Below, piece after piece: positions 19,140 to 27,735 of a DNA stretch of 64,000 nucleotides. Position 1 is the first letter of the stretch. Each line of letters opens with the position of its first letter. The translations under genes were made by a program, and so were the position numbers. A model generated the notes under the pieces. It was given only the letters and a program-made list of their open reading frames with translations, was not told where the DNA came from and did not search any database. Source of the DNA: an uncultured bacterium (GTDB lineage: Bacteria; Pseudomonadota; Alphaproteobacteria; SMXQ01). The stretch lies in NCBI GenBank assembly GCA_965369885.1, contig CBDUSV010000001.1:603-64602 (forward strand). Reading direction: 5' to 3'.

Positions 19140-20086
19140 ACGCGGAGTCCTCTTCGAACTCCACCCGCGGCAACGGGGTTGCGGCCGCCGGCACCATCGC
19201 CGACACGGTCCGCGGCTGGTGGCACAGATTGGTGCGCGGCCGCAACGGCGACAATTCGATCCGGGAAACCCTCGAGGAACTGATCGAGGATCGCGAAGAG
19301 GCCGAAGCCCCGATCAACGCCGACCAGCGCGTGCTGTTGGAAAACATCCTGTCCCTCGAGAAGGTGACGGTGAAGGATGTGATGGTGGCCAGCGCCGAGA
19401 TTATCGCCGTCGATGCGTCGACCCCCTTCACCGAGTTGATCGAACTGATGAGCCGCGCGACCCATTCGCGCCTGCCGGTCTACCGCGAGACCTTGGACGA
19501 CATTGTCGGCATGGTCCATATCAAGGACGTTCTGGCCTGTCTAAGCCGCTCAGATCAGGTATCGCTGACCTCCATCGCCCGCAAGATCCTGTTCGTTTCG
19601 CCGTCGATGCACGTGCTCGATCTGTTGCTGCAGATGCGTATGACCCACATCCATATGGCGCTGGTGGTCGATGAATATGGCGGCATCGACGGCCTGGTTA
19701 CCATCGAGGATCTGGTGGAGGAAATCGTCGGCGAGATCCAGGATGAACACGACGTCGATATCCCGACCATGATCGAACGGCCCGACGGCTCGGTCGTTGC
19801 CAGCGCCCGCACCAAGATCGAGGAATTCGAGGACCGCTTCGGTGCGGTGCTGACCCAGGAGGAACGGGACGACGATATCGATACCCTTGGCGGGCTGGTG
19901 TTTTCGCTGATGGGGCGGGTGCCGAGCCGGGGTGAGGTGATTTGTCATGCGTCGGGGCTCGAATTCGAGGTCACCGACGCGGATCCGCGCCGGATCAAGC
20001 GGCTGCGCCTGTCCAATCTGCCCAAGGCCGCCAAGGAGCCCGACGCGGGTCACGATGGGGACGGGCCGACCACGGAAACCCCTTAA
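19136..20086 (+). CDS. HlyC/CorC family transporter-associated protein (CBS pair plus CorC_HlyC domain)
   Basis: The protein has CBS domains and a C-terminal transporter-associated domain. It overlaps the ybeY stop by 4 nt. Confidence 0.85.
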   Translation: MNAESSSNSTRGNGVAAAGTIADTVRGWWHRLVRGRNGDNSIRETLEELIEDREEAEAPINADQRVLLENILSLEKVTVKDVMVASAEIIAVDASTPFTELIELMSRATHSRLPVYRETLDDIVGMVHIKDVLACLSRSDQVSLTSIARKILFVSPSMHVLDLLLQMRMTHIHMALVVDEYGGIDGLVTIEDLVEEIVGEIQDEHDVDIPTMIERPDGSVVASARTKIEEFEDRFGAVLTQEERDDDIDTLGGLVFSLMGRVPSRGEVICHASGLEFEVTDADPRRIKRLRLSNLPKAAKEPDAGHDGDGPTTETP

Positions 20087-20114
20087 TCCCGTGCCCGCCG
20101 CCCACCCATGTCTT

Positions 20115-20174
20115 CCAGATCCATGCCTCCTAGATCCATGCCTCCCAGACCCATACCTCCCAGACAATGCCTAG
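20115..20174. repeat. Four tandem 15-bp units (ccagatccatgcctc-like) in the corC-lnt spacer, running into the first possible lnt start
   Basis: Read directly from the sequence: ccagatccatgcctc / ctagatccatgcctc / ccagacccatacctc / ccagacaatgcctag. Confidence 0.7.
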
Positions 20175-20184
20175 CTGGTCGTTG

Positions 20185-21801
20185 ATGGAGTTGCGCCGCC
20201 GCGCAACCGCGTTGGTGGGCTGGCGGCGGTGGTTGTGCGCCGTTGTGCTGGGGGCGGCGGCGGCCACGGCGTTTCCTCCGCTTTATATTTTGCCTTTGGC
20301 CTTGGTTGGGTTTACCGGCCTGGTTTGGTTGATCGACGATGCCGGCGCCGGGCCTAAGCCGTTGCGCGCCGCCTTTGCCGCCGGTTGGTGGTTCGGCTTC
20401 GGCCATTTTGCAGCCGGGCTCTATTGGATTACCAACGCTCTGATGGTGGACGCGGCCAAGTTCGGTTGGCTGGCGCCGTTCGCCGTCGCTGGGCTTGCTG
20501 CATATTTCGCGCTGTATCCGGCGTTGGCGGCGTTGGCCACGCGGCTTTCAGGGGCCACCGGTGTGCGCCGCATCGTGGTGCTGGCGGTGGCCTGGACCGC
20601 GTGCGAGTGGCTACGCGGCATGGTTCTTGGGGGCTTTCCCTGGAACCTGATGGGGACGGTGTGGGCATGGTCGGACGCCATGATCCAACTCAGCGCTTAT
20701 GGCGGAACATATGGCCTGAGCCTCTTGGCGGTGTTTGCCGCCGGCGTTGCCGCGACCCTCACCGATGGTCCGGCCGACCAGCCCCGTGCCGCGCGGTGGC
20801 GCTCAGTCATGGTGCTGGCCGGGCTTGTTGGCTTGGTCTGGCTGGGCGGCGCGGCGCGGTTGGGCCTGGCTCCGCAATATGGCGCCAGTGGTGGGCCGGA
20901 GATGGTGCCCAATGTTCGCTTGCGCCTGGTCCAGGGCAATATCGATCAGCGTGACAAATGGCGCACCGGCCAGCGCGCCATCAATTTCCGCAAGCATCTG
21001 CGCATGAGCGCCACCGGCACCAAGACCCCTGGCGCCCCCGGCACCAAGACCCCCGGCGCACCCGGCGCCGTGACCCATATCATCTGGCCCGAGACCGCGA
21101 CGCCTTATGTCCTCGCCAATGATGCCGCGGCGCGCGCCGCCGTGGCCAGGGTGGTGCCGCGCGCCGGCGTCGTCATCACCGGCGCAATGCGCACGACCCG
21201 GGCGGGGGTAAAACCGTTCCAGGTGTGGAACAGCATTCACGCGGTCGATGGTGGCGGCAACCTGCTTGCCAGTTATGACAAGTTCAACCTGGTGCCGTTT
21301 GGCGAATTCATCCCCTTCCGGAGCTTGTTGCCGCTCACCAAGCTGACAGCCGGCACGGTGGATTTCAGCGCCGGCCCCGGCCCCCGCACCTTCAAGCTGC
21401 CGGGGCTTCCACCAATGAGCCCGCTGATCTGCTACGAGGTAATCTTTCCGGCGGACGTTCTCGATGGCGAAGACCGCCCGGCGTGGCTGCTCAATCTCAC
21501 CAACGATGCCTGGTTCGGCGTCAGTACCGGCCCCTATCAGCATTTCGCCGCCGCGCGGCTCCGCGCCGTCGAGCAAGGATTGCCGTTGGTGCGCGCCGCC
21601 AACACCGGAATCTCGGCGGTGGTCGACCCCTATGGCCGCACCATGGCGCGGCTTGGCCTCGGTGTTGAAGGCATTCTCGACAGCCCCCTGCCCAAGCCAT
21701 TGCCGGCCCTGACCCTGTATGGCCGCCTCGGCGACTGGATTGTGCTGTGGCTTGCTTTGGCCGCCTTGATCCCGGCTGTGTTTCGCCGCCGCCCCGCCTA
21801 A
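20185..21801 (+). CDS. lnt: Apolipoprotein N-acyltransferase Lnt
   Basis: The protein has a multi-TM N-terminus and a C-terminal nitrilase/CN-hydrolase domain (…ICYEVIFP…). The start is ambiguous between ATG 20167 and ATG 20185. There is an in-frame 24-bp tandem duplication at 21016-21063. Confidence 0.85.
   Translation: MELRRRATALVGWRRWLCAVVLGAAAATAFPPLYILPLALVGFTGLVWLIDDAGAGPKPLRAAFAAGWWFGFGHFAAGLYWITNALMVDAAKFGWLAPFAVAGLAAYFALYPALAALATRLSGATGVRRIVVLAVAWTACEWLRGMVLGGFPWNLMGTVWAWSDAMIQLSAYGGTYGLSLLAVFAAGVAATLTDGPADQPRAARWRSVMVLAGLVGLVWLGGAARLGLAPQYGASGGPEMVPNVRLRLVQGNIDQRDKWRTGQRAINFRKHLRMSATGTKTPGAPGTKTPGAPGAVTHIIWPETATPYVLANDAAARAAVARVVPRAGVVITGAMRTTRAGVKPFQVWNSIHAVDGGGNLLASYDKFNLVPFGEFIPFRSLLPLTKLTAGTVDFSAGPGPRTFKLPGLPPMSPLICYEVIFPADVLDGEDRPAWLLNLTNDAWFGVSTGPYQHFAAARLRAVEQGLPLVRAANTGISAVVDPYGRTMARLGLGVEGILDSPLPKPLPALTLYGRLGDWIVLWLALAALIPAVFRRRPA
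21016..21063 (+). repeat. In-frame tandem duplication (2 x 24 bp) encoding GTKTPGAP-GTKTPGAP inside lnt
   Basis: The sequence reads ggcaccaagacccctggcgccccc followed by ggcaccaagacccccggcgcaccc. Confidence 0.7.
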
Positions 21802-21875
21802 AATTCCGAAATTCCGGCGCAACTGCACAAATCTGGTGCAAATCGGCCAAAATTGCTCGATTCCTGCGGTTTTTG

Positions 21876-21903
21876 TTGACTGCATACCATCGTATGCTAT
21901 CAA
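21876..21903 (+). promoter_or_regulatory. Candidate promoter of the XRE regulator gene with an embedded operator-like palindrome
   Basis: The -35 is TTGACT (21876-21881), followed by a 16-nt spacer that is a perfect inverted repeat (GCATAC-catc-GTATGC, 21882-21897), then a -10-like TATCAA. Confidence 0.4.
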
Positions 21904-21946
21904 AACTCCGGGGAGCATGTTCAAGAATCGGGTAGGAGCCACTGAA

Positions 21947-22396
21947 ATGGCAAGGCTCGCACGGCCACGAAAAAAACGGACCAGGAATGTTTCAATCGAC
22001 GGTCCCAATCCCGTCGATGTCCATGTCGGCACCAGGGTGCGTCAACGCCGGACCCTGTTGGGTATGAGCCAGGAGAAATTGGGCAATGCCGTCGGCCTGA
22101 CCTTCCAGCAAATTCAGAAATACGAACGGGGCACCAACCGGATCGGCGCCAGCCGGCTGCATGAATTCAGCAATATCCTCGATGTGCCGGTATCTTTTTT
22201 CTTTGACGAGCTTCCCCAAAGGGGACGGTCGCGCCAGGCCCGGGGTTTTTCCGAGGGCGCGCAAAACAAGTTCGAACATGATGCCTTCTCCAAGCGCGAG
22301 ACCCTGGAACTGGTTCGCGCCTATTACCGCATCACCGACAAGCAGGTGCGCAAGCGCATCGTCGATATGATCCGCTCGGTCGGCAAAGCCCTGTGA
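21947..22396 (+). CDS. XRE-family helix-turn-helix transcriptional regulator (conserved neighbour of metK in alphaproteobacteria)
   Basis: The protein has a Cro/C1-type HTH (…LGMSQEKLGNAVGLTFQQIQKYERGTNRI…). The ATG at 21947 is 8 nt downstream of an AGGAG Shine-Dalgarno. Confidence 0.75.
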   Translation: MARLARPRKKRTRNVSIDGPNPVDVHVGTRVRQRRTLLGMSQEKLGNAVGLTFQQIQKYERGTNRIGASRLHEFSNILDVPVSFFFDELPQRGRSRQARGFSEGAQNKFEHDAFSKRETLELVRAYYRITDKQVRKRIVDMIRSVGKAL

Positions 22397-22611
22397 AGGC
22401 GGCGCCCCGCCGATGGCAGGGGCGGTTTAAACACACATCTACTCCCCTTTCGGCACTGGGCGGCGGCGGTGTTTCCCCGCCGTGATTCCTCTTGACTGCA
22501 TGACCAAAGGTTGCAACAAGTCCGCCCCTGCGGGACTCGTTGGCCGCTCCGGCGGTTTCATCGACAACGATGCTAAAGACAATCGGGAATCGAAAACCGG
22601 AGGTTGCGGCC

Positions 22612-23781
22612 GTGTCCAAAGGCGATTTTCTTTTCACCAGTGAATCCGTGTCCGAAGGCCATCCGGACAAGATCAGCGACCGCATTTCCGATGCGGTGGT
22701 AGACGCTTATCTGACCGCAGATCCCCTGTCCCGGGTTGCCGCCGAGACCCTGGTCACCGCCAATCGTATCGTCATGGCCGGCGAAACCCGGGGTCCAGAG
22801 GAGGTCACTTTCGACCACTTGGAGGACATCGCGCGGCATTGCGTCAAGGAAATCGGTTATGAGCAGCCGAAATTCCATTGGAAAAATGTGGACGTCGAGA
22901 TTCTCATCCATCAGCAATCGCCGGACATCGCCCAGGGTGTCGATGCCGCCGGCAACAAGGATGAAGGCGCCGGCGACCAAGGCCTCATGTTCGGCTTTGC
23001 CTGCAATGAGACCACGGCCCTGATGCCGGCGCCGATCTTTTATTGCCACCATATTCTGCGGTCCTTGGCCGAGGCCCGCCATTCCGGCGCCGAGCCCGGC
23101 CTTGGCCCCGATGCCAAGAGCCAGATCACCATGCAATATGTCGGCAACAAGCCGGTTCGCGCGAAATCGGTGGTGGTGTCGACCCAGCACAGCGAAGATC
23201 TCGACCAGGAACATGTCCGCGAAATCGTGCGGCCCCATGTGGTCAATGTGCTGCCCGAAGGCTGGATGTGCGATGAGGCGGACTTCTACGTCAACCCGAC
23301 CGGCCGCTTCGTGATCGGCGGGCCCGAAAGCGATACCGGGCTGACCGGACGCAAGATCATCGTCGATACCTATGGCGGCTCGGCGCCCCATGGCGGCGGC
23401 GCCTTTTCCGGAAAGGATCCGACAAAGGTCGACCGCTCGGCGGCCTATGCCGCGCGCTATTTGGCCAAGAACGTGGTCGCCGCGGGGTTGGCGGATCGTT
23501 GCATCATCCAGGTGGCCTACGCCATCGGCGTCTCCAAACCGCTGTCGGTCTATGTCGACACCTGCGGCACCGGGGTTGTCGATGAAGACAAATTGTCCGC
23601 CGCGCTGCAGGACCTGGTGGACCTTTCCCCCCGCGGCATCCGTGAGCACTTGAAGCTCAGCAAGCCGATCTATGCCCGCACCGCGGCCTACGGCCATTTT
23701 GGCCGCGAGCCCGATCCGGACGGTGGATTTTCATGGGAGCGCATCGATCTCGTCGACAAACTGAAGTCCGCCCTGACTTGA
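22612..23781 (+). CDS. metK: S-adenosylmethionine synthase
   Basis: The protein has the MetK N-terminal signature ([18 protein letters not shown]) and the GGGAFSGKD loop. GTG 22612 gives a typical length of 389 aa; ATG 22570 is an alternative start. Confidence 0.9.
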   Translation: MSKGDFLFTSESVSEGHPDKISDRISDAVVDAYLTADPLSRVAAETLVTANRIVMAGETRGPEEVTFDHLEDIARHCVKEIGYEQPKFHWKNVDVEILIHQQSPDIAQGVDAAGNKDEGAGDQGLMFGFACNETTALMPAPIFYCHHILRSLAEARHSGAEPGLGPDAKSQITMQYVGNKPVRAKSVVVSTQHSEDLDQEHVREIVRPHVVNVLPEGWMCDEADFYVNPTGRFVIGGPESDTGLTGRKIIVDTYGGSAPHGGGAFSGKDPTKVDRSAAYAARYLAKNVVAAGLADRCIIQVAYAIGVSKPLSVYVDTCGTGVVDEDKLSAALQDLVDLSPRGIREHLKLSKPIYARTAAYGHFGREPDPDGGFSWERIDLVDKLKSALT

Positions 23782-24503
23782 CGTCCGAAGGCGGTCCGGA
23801 CGGCCATGGCCGCATTCTTTACGGCCGCCGCCGTGGCCGCCGGCTCAGGCCACGGCGCCAGGCCCTGGTGTCGGAGCTGTTGCCGCAACTCGGACTTGCC
23901 CTGCCCGCCGATGGCGCCGCCGATTTCGACCCCCTTCAGGCCTTCACCGCCGCCATGCCGCGCCCGCGGGAGATCCGCATCGAGGTCGGTTTCGGCGCCG
24001 GGGAACATCTCGCCGCCCAGGCGCAAAATCACCCCGACATCGGCTTCATCGGTTGTGAACCCTATATCAATGGCGTCGCCGCGCTGTTGAGCGAGATCGA
24101 CCACCTTGGGCTCGGCAACATCCGTATCTTCATGGACGATGCGCGCAAGTTGGTTGACGCCCTGGCGGGCAATTCCATAAGCCGGGTCGATCTGTTGTTT
24201 CCCGATCCGTGGCCGAAGAAACGGCATCACAAGCGCCGGTTCATTTCTCCGCAAACCCTCGATCAGCTGGCGCGTATCCTCGAAGATAATGGTGAATTGC
24301 GCTTTGCCAGCGACGATTCCGCTCTGGTGCGCTGCACCCTGGAGGCGGTTCTCGACCATGGGGATTTCACCTGGCTTGCCAAGCGGCCCGCCGATTGGCG
24401 CCGCCGGCCCGCCGACAGCATCGCCACCCGTTATGAGGCCAAGGCCGGCGCCGCCGGGCGCACTTGCGTGTTTCTGAGCTTTGCCCGCTTACCGCGTCGC
24501 TGA
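23778..24503 (+). CDS. trmB: tRNA (guanine46-N7)-methyltransferase TrmB
   Basis: The protein has an alphaproteobacterial Arg-rich N-terminal extension ([15 protein letters not shown]) and a SAM-MTase core (…[17 protein letters not shown]…). The start is uncertain between TTG 23778 and ATG 23733. Confidence 0.8.
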   Translation: MTSEGGPDGHGRILYGRRRGRRLRPRRQALVSELLPQLGLALPADGAADFDPLQAFTAAMPRPREIRIEVGFGAGEHLAAQAQNHPDIGFIGCEPYINGVAALLSEIDHLGLGNIRIFMDDARKLVDALAGNSISRVDLLFPDPWPKKRHHKRRFISPQTLDQLARILEDNGELRFASDDSALVRCTLEAVLDHGDFTWLAKRPADWRRRPADSIATRYEAKAGAAGRTCVFLSFARLPRR

Positions 24504-24596
24504 GGTAAAAACAGCGAAAATCAGCGAATTTTGGGGATATGTCAGGGAAAGGCCATGGTTTATCGCCCTTTCAGGGGCTTTTACTTGCTAAATAGC

Positions 24597-24624
24597 TTGA
24601 AGCTGACGGTGATATGGATATATT
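24597..24624 (+). promoter_or_regulatory. Candidate sigma70-type promoter for the rimP-nusA-infB operon
   Basis: The -35 is TTGAAG (24597-24602), followed by a 16-nt spacer and a -10 of TATATT (24619-24624), in a 300-bp lower-GC spacer. Confidence 0.3.
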
Positions 24625-24806
24625 CATACCAGCTTGTTCTTAGCGCCCCATTGTTTGGGTCAAGTCGTTCCCGAGGGGTGGGCCATTGGCCCGCTTTTTT
24701 ATTTCTTTCAACACTTATTGGGTCTGAGAGACGGGAGCCAGGGAGCGACTTCCCGGGGCACGGACGGCCATAGCAATTTCTTTGACCGCTGCGGAAAAAG
24801 ACAGGA

Positions 24807-25292
24807 ATGGATCAGCTGCCGAACCAGGTGGAAACGCTGGTGGCCCCGACCCTTGGTGCCATGGGTTATGATCTCGTGCGCGTGCGCGTGATCGGCGCCG
24901 ACCGGGTGACCCTGGAGGTGATGGCGGAGCGCAGCGACGGTGACGCCATGACGGTCGGTGACTGCGCCGATATCTCCCGCGCGATTTCCACCGTGCTCGA
25001 TGTCGAAGATCCGATTCCCGGTTCATACACCCTGGAGGTGAGTTCCCCGGGCCTTGCCCGCCCCTTGGTGCGGCTCGCCGATTTTGAGCGTTTTGCCGGC
25101 TTCCAGGCCAAGATCGAGCTCGACGCGGCGCTAGACGGCCGCAAGCGATTTCGCGGCCAGCTCGCCGGTATCAAGGGCGACGCGGTGCGCATTGTTCTTG
25201 CCGACGGCGAAGCCGAACTGCCTTTCAAGCGTATCTGCAAGGCCAAATTGGTCATGACTGACGATCTGATCGCGGCGACGCGCAAGCAGTAA
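24807..25292 (+). CDS. rimP: Ribosome maturation factor RimP
   Basis: The 161-aa protein is a YhbC/RimP homolog immediately upstream of nusA. Confidence 0.9.
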   Translation: MDQLPNQVETLVAPTLGAMGYDLVRVRVIGADRVTLEVMAERSDGDAMTVGDCADISRAISTVLDVEDPIPGSYTLEVSSPGLARPLVRLADFERFAGFQAKIELDAALDGRKRFRGQLAGIKGDAVRIVLADGEAELPFKRICKAKLVMTDDLIAATRKQ

Positions 25293-25304
25293 GAATTAGG
25301 TTAG

Positions 25305-26975
25305 GTGAAAGAGACGATGGAAACTTTGACAGGGCTTGCCAAACCCGAACTTCTTCAGGTCGCCGACAACGTGGCCCGGGAAAAAAGCATCGATGCCGAG
25401 GAGGTTTTGGAGGCCATGGAACAGGCCATCCAGAAGGCCGGGCGCTCGAAATACGGCCATGAACACGACATTCGGGCGGGCATCGACCGCAAGACCGGCG
25501 AGATCTCGCTGGCGCGCTATCGCGAGATCGCCGATCCGGTGGAAAATGAAACGATGCAGATTTCGCTGGATGAGGCGCTGAAGCTCGATGCCGATGCCAA
25601 GCTCGGCGAATTCATCACCGACCGCTTGCCGCCGATGGATTTCGGCCGCATCGCGGCGCAGACCGCGAAGCAGGTCATCGTCCAGAAAGTCCGCGAGGCC
25701 GAACGCCAACGCCAGTACGAGGAATACAAGGACCGGGTCGGCGACGTCGTCAACGGCTTGGTCAAACGCGCCGAATTCGGCAATGTTGCCGTCGATCTCG
25801 GCCGCGCCGAAGCGGTGATGCGCCGCGACGAATGCCTGCCCCGCGAGAATCTGCGCCAAGGTGACCGCGTCCGTGCCCTGGTCTATGACGTGCGCGAGGA
25901 AACAAGGGGGCCGCAGATCTTCCTGTCGCGCTCGCGGCCGGAATTCATGGCCAAGCTTTTCGCCCAGGAAGTGCCGGAAATCTATGACAGCATCATCGAA
26001 ATCAAGTCGGTGGCCCGTGATCCCGGCAGCCGCGCCAAGATCGCGGTTGCTTCCAATGACGCCAGCATCGACCCGGTAGGCGCCTGTGTCGGCATGCGCG
26101 GCAGCCGCGTCCAAGCGGTGGTCGGCGAGCTTCAAGGCGAGAAGATCGATATCATCCAATGGTCGCCGAGCAATGCCACATTCGTGGTCAACGCCCTGGC
26201 GCCGGCCGAGGTCGCGAAAGTGGTGATGGATGAAGATGCCCGGCGCATCGAAGTGGTGGTGCCCGACGATCAGTTGAGCCTCGCCATCGGGCGCCGTGGC
26301 CAGAATGTGCGTCTGGCGTCACAGCTCACAGGTTGGTACATCGATATTCTCACCGAAGCGCAGGAATCCGAGCGCCGCACCGAAGAGTTCAACACCCGTT
26401 CGCAGATGTTTATCGAGGCCCTGGATGTGGATGATGTCATCGCCCATCTGCTGGTCACGGAAGGGTTCTCCGCCATCGAGGAGGTGGCATTTATCCCGCC
26501 GGAGAATTTGGTGGAAATCGAAGGGTTCGACGAAGAGGTCGCCCAAGAGCTGCAGGAACGGGCCCGCACCTATCTTTCCGAGCGCGAGGAAAAATTCATG
26601 GTGCGGCGCGCCGAGCTCGACATCGCCGATGATCTACTGGATATCCCCGGGCTGTCCCTGGAATTGGTTGTCGAGCTGGGTGAGAAGGGAATCAAGACCC
26701 GGGACGACCTGGCCGATCTCGCCAGCGATGAACTGATCGAAACACTGCCCGAGAAAGCCATGACGGATAGTGAAGCCGCCGCGGTGATCATGGCGGCGCG
26801 GGCCCATTGGTTCGAGGACGAGGTCACGGAAGAAACCGGCGAAGAAACCGATTCAGAGATGGCGGATTCAGAGACTGGGGATTCAGAGACTGGGGGTTCA
26901 GATAAGGGAGGCGAACCCGAACCCGAAACCAAACCCCTCGACCCGGCCGACCCGGCCAATCTGTTCAAGAGCTGA
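25305..26975 (+). CDS. nusA: Transcription termination/antitermination factor NusA
   Basis: The protein has an N-terminal domain, S1 and KH domains, and an acidic C-terminal tail. The start is a GTG. Confidence 0.95.
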   Translation: MKETMETLTGLAKPELLQVADNVAREKSIDAEEVLEAMEQAIQKAGRSKYGHEHDIRAGIDRKTGEISLARYREIADPVENETMQISLDEALKLDADAKLGEFITDRLPPMDFGRIAAQTAKQVIVQKVREAERQRQYEEYKDRVGDVVNGLVKRAEFGNVAVDLGRAEAVMRRDECLPRENLRQGDRVRALVYDVREETRGPQIFLSRSRPEFMAKLFAQEVPEIYDSIIEIKSVARDPGSRAKIAVASNDASIDPVGACVGMRGSRVQAVVGELQGEKIDIIQWSPSNATFVVNALAPAEVAKVVMDEDARRIEVVVPDDQLSLAIGRRGQNVRLASQLTGWYIDILTEAQESERRTEEFNTRSQMFIEALDVDDVIAHLLVTEGFSAIEEVAFIPPENLVEIEGFDEEVAQELQERARTYLSEREEKFMVRRAELDIADDLLDIPGLSLELVVELGEKGIKTRDDLADLASDELIETLPEKAMTDSEAAAVIMAARAHWFEDEVTEETGEETDSEMADSETGDSETGGSDKGGEPEPETKPLDPADPANLFKS

Positions 26976-26991
26976 TAGGTGGAACCGCGAC

Positions 26992-27735
26992 GTGACCATG
27001 TACGACAACAAAGCGCGAACCACCACGCAGCGCAAGCGGCGCGGGCAGGTGGCGGACCCGGCGGCGGCGCCATCAGGCACCGCAACCGGAAGACGCTGCA
27101 TCGTCAGCGGTGAGGTTGTCCCACGTTCCCAACTGATCCGCTTCGTCGTCGGGCCCGAAAATAAGCTCATTCCCGATATCGCCGAGACTCTGCCGGGGCG
27201 GGGTTTGTGGTTGAGGGCGCGCCGTGATGTGTTGGACACGGCCCTGGCCCGGAACCTGTTTGCCAGGGCGGCACGCGGCCCGGTTGCCGTCGATGCCGAT
27301 CTGGCGGAGACGGTCGAGGATTTGCTGGCGCGGCGCTGTCTTGAACTTCTGGGCCTGGCGCGGCGCGCCGGTCTTGCCGTCACCGGTTTCGAAAAGGTCC
27401 GGTCCATGCTTGGCGCGGGAAAGGCGGCATTGTTGATCACCGCCGCCGATGCCGCCCCTGGCGGACGCGACAAATTGCGCGCCAAGGCGCCGGATGTGCC
27501 CACCATCGGGGTCCTGGACTCAGAGGAACTGGCTGCTGCCCTGGGCCGTGGCCATGTGGTACATGTGGCGGTGGCGCACAGCCCGCTTGCCGATCACATT
27601 GCCGTCGAGATCAGGCGCCTTGCCGGAATGCGCGCTGATTTTGCCGCCGATTTCGCTCACGACACGCTTTTGCCATCAACGGTTGATATGGCTCCGGATG
27701 GCGCCAACAAGGCCCACGGTATTCAGGAAAGTTGA
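26992..27735 (+). CDS. YlxR (DUF448) RNA-binding protein fused to an L7Ae-like domain
   Basis: This is the conserved nusA-infB interval gene, with a YlxR motif (…RCIVSGEVVPRSQLIRFV…GRGLWL…). Confidence 0.7.
   Translation: MTMYDNKARTTTQRKRRGQVADPAAAPSGTATGRRCIVSGEVVPRSQLIRFVVGPENKLIPDIAETLPGRGLWLRARRDVLDTALARNLFARAARGPVAVDADLAETVEDLLARRCLELLGLARRAGLAVTGFEKVRSMLGAGKAALLITAADAAPGGRDKLRAKAPDVPTIGVLDSEELAAALGRGHVVHVAVAHSPLADHIAVEIRRLAGMRADFAADFAHDTLLPSTVDMAPDGANKAHGIQES

Noticed and set aside
22573-23697. Long antisense ORFs opposite real genes. This one is 374 aa opposite metK. Others are 55734-57518 opposite nrdJ, 16057-17442 opposite miaB, 20803-22032 opposite lnt, 5212-6150 opposite tauE and 60396-61517 opposite hisC.
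   Set aside because: These are typical shadow ORFs of a 65% GC genome. The translations are low-complexity and Arg/Gly/Ala-rich with no recognisable domains, while the sense strands encode well-conserved proteins.
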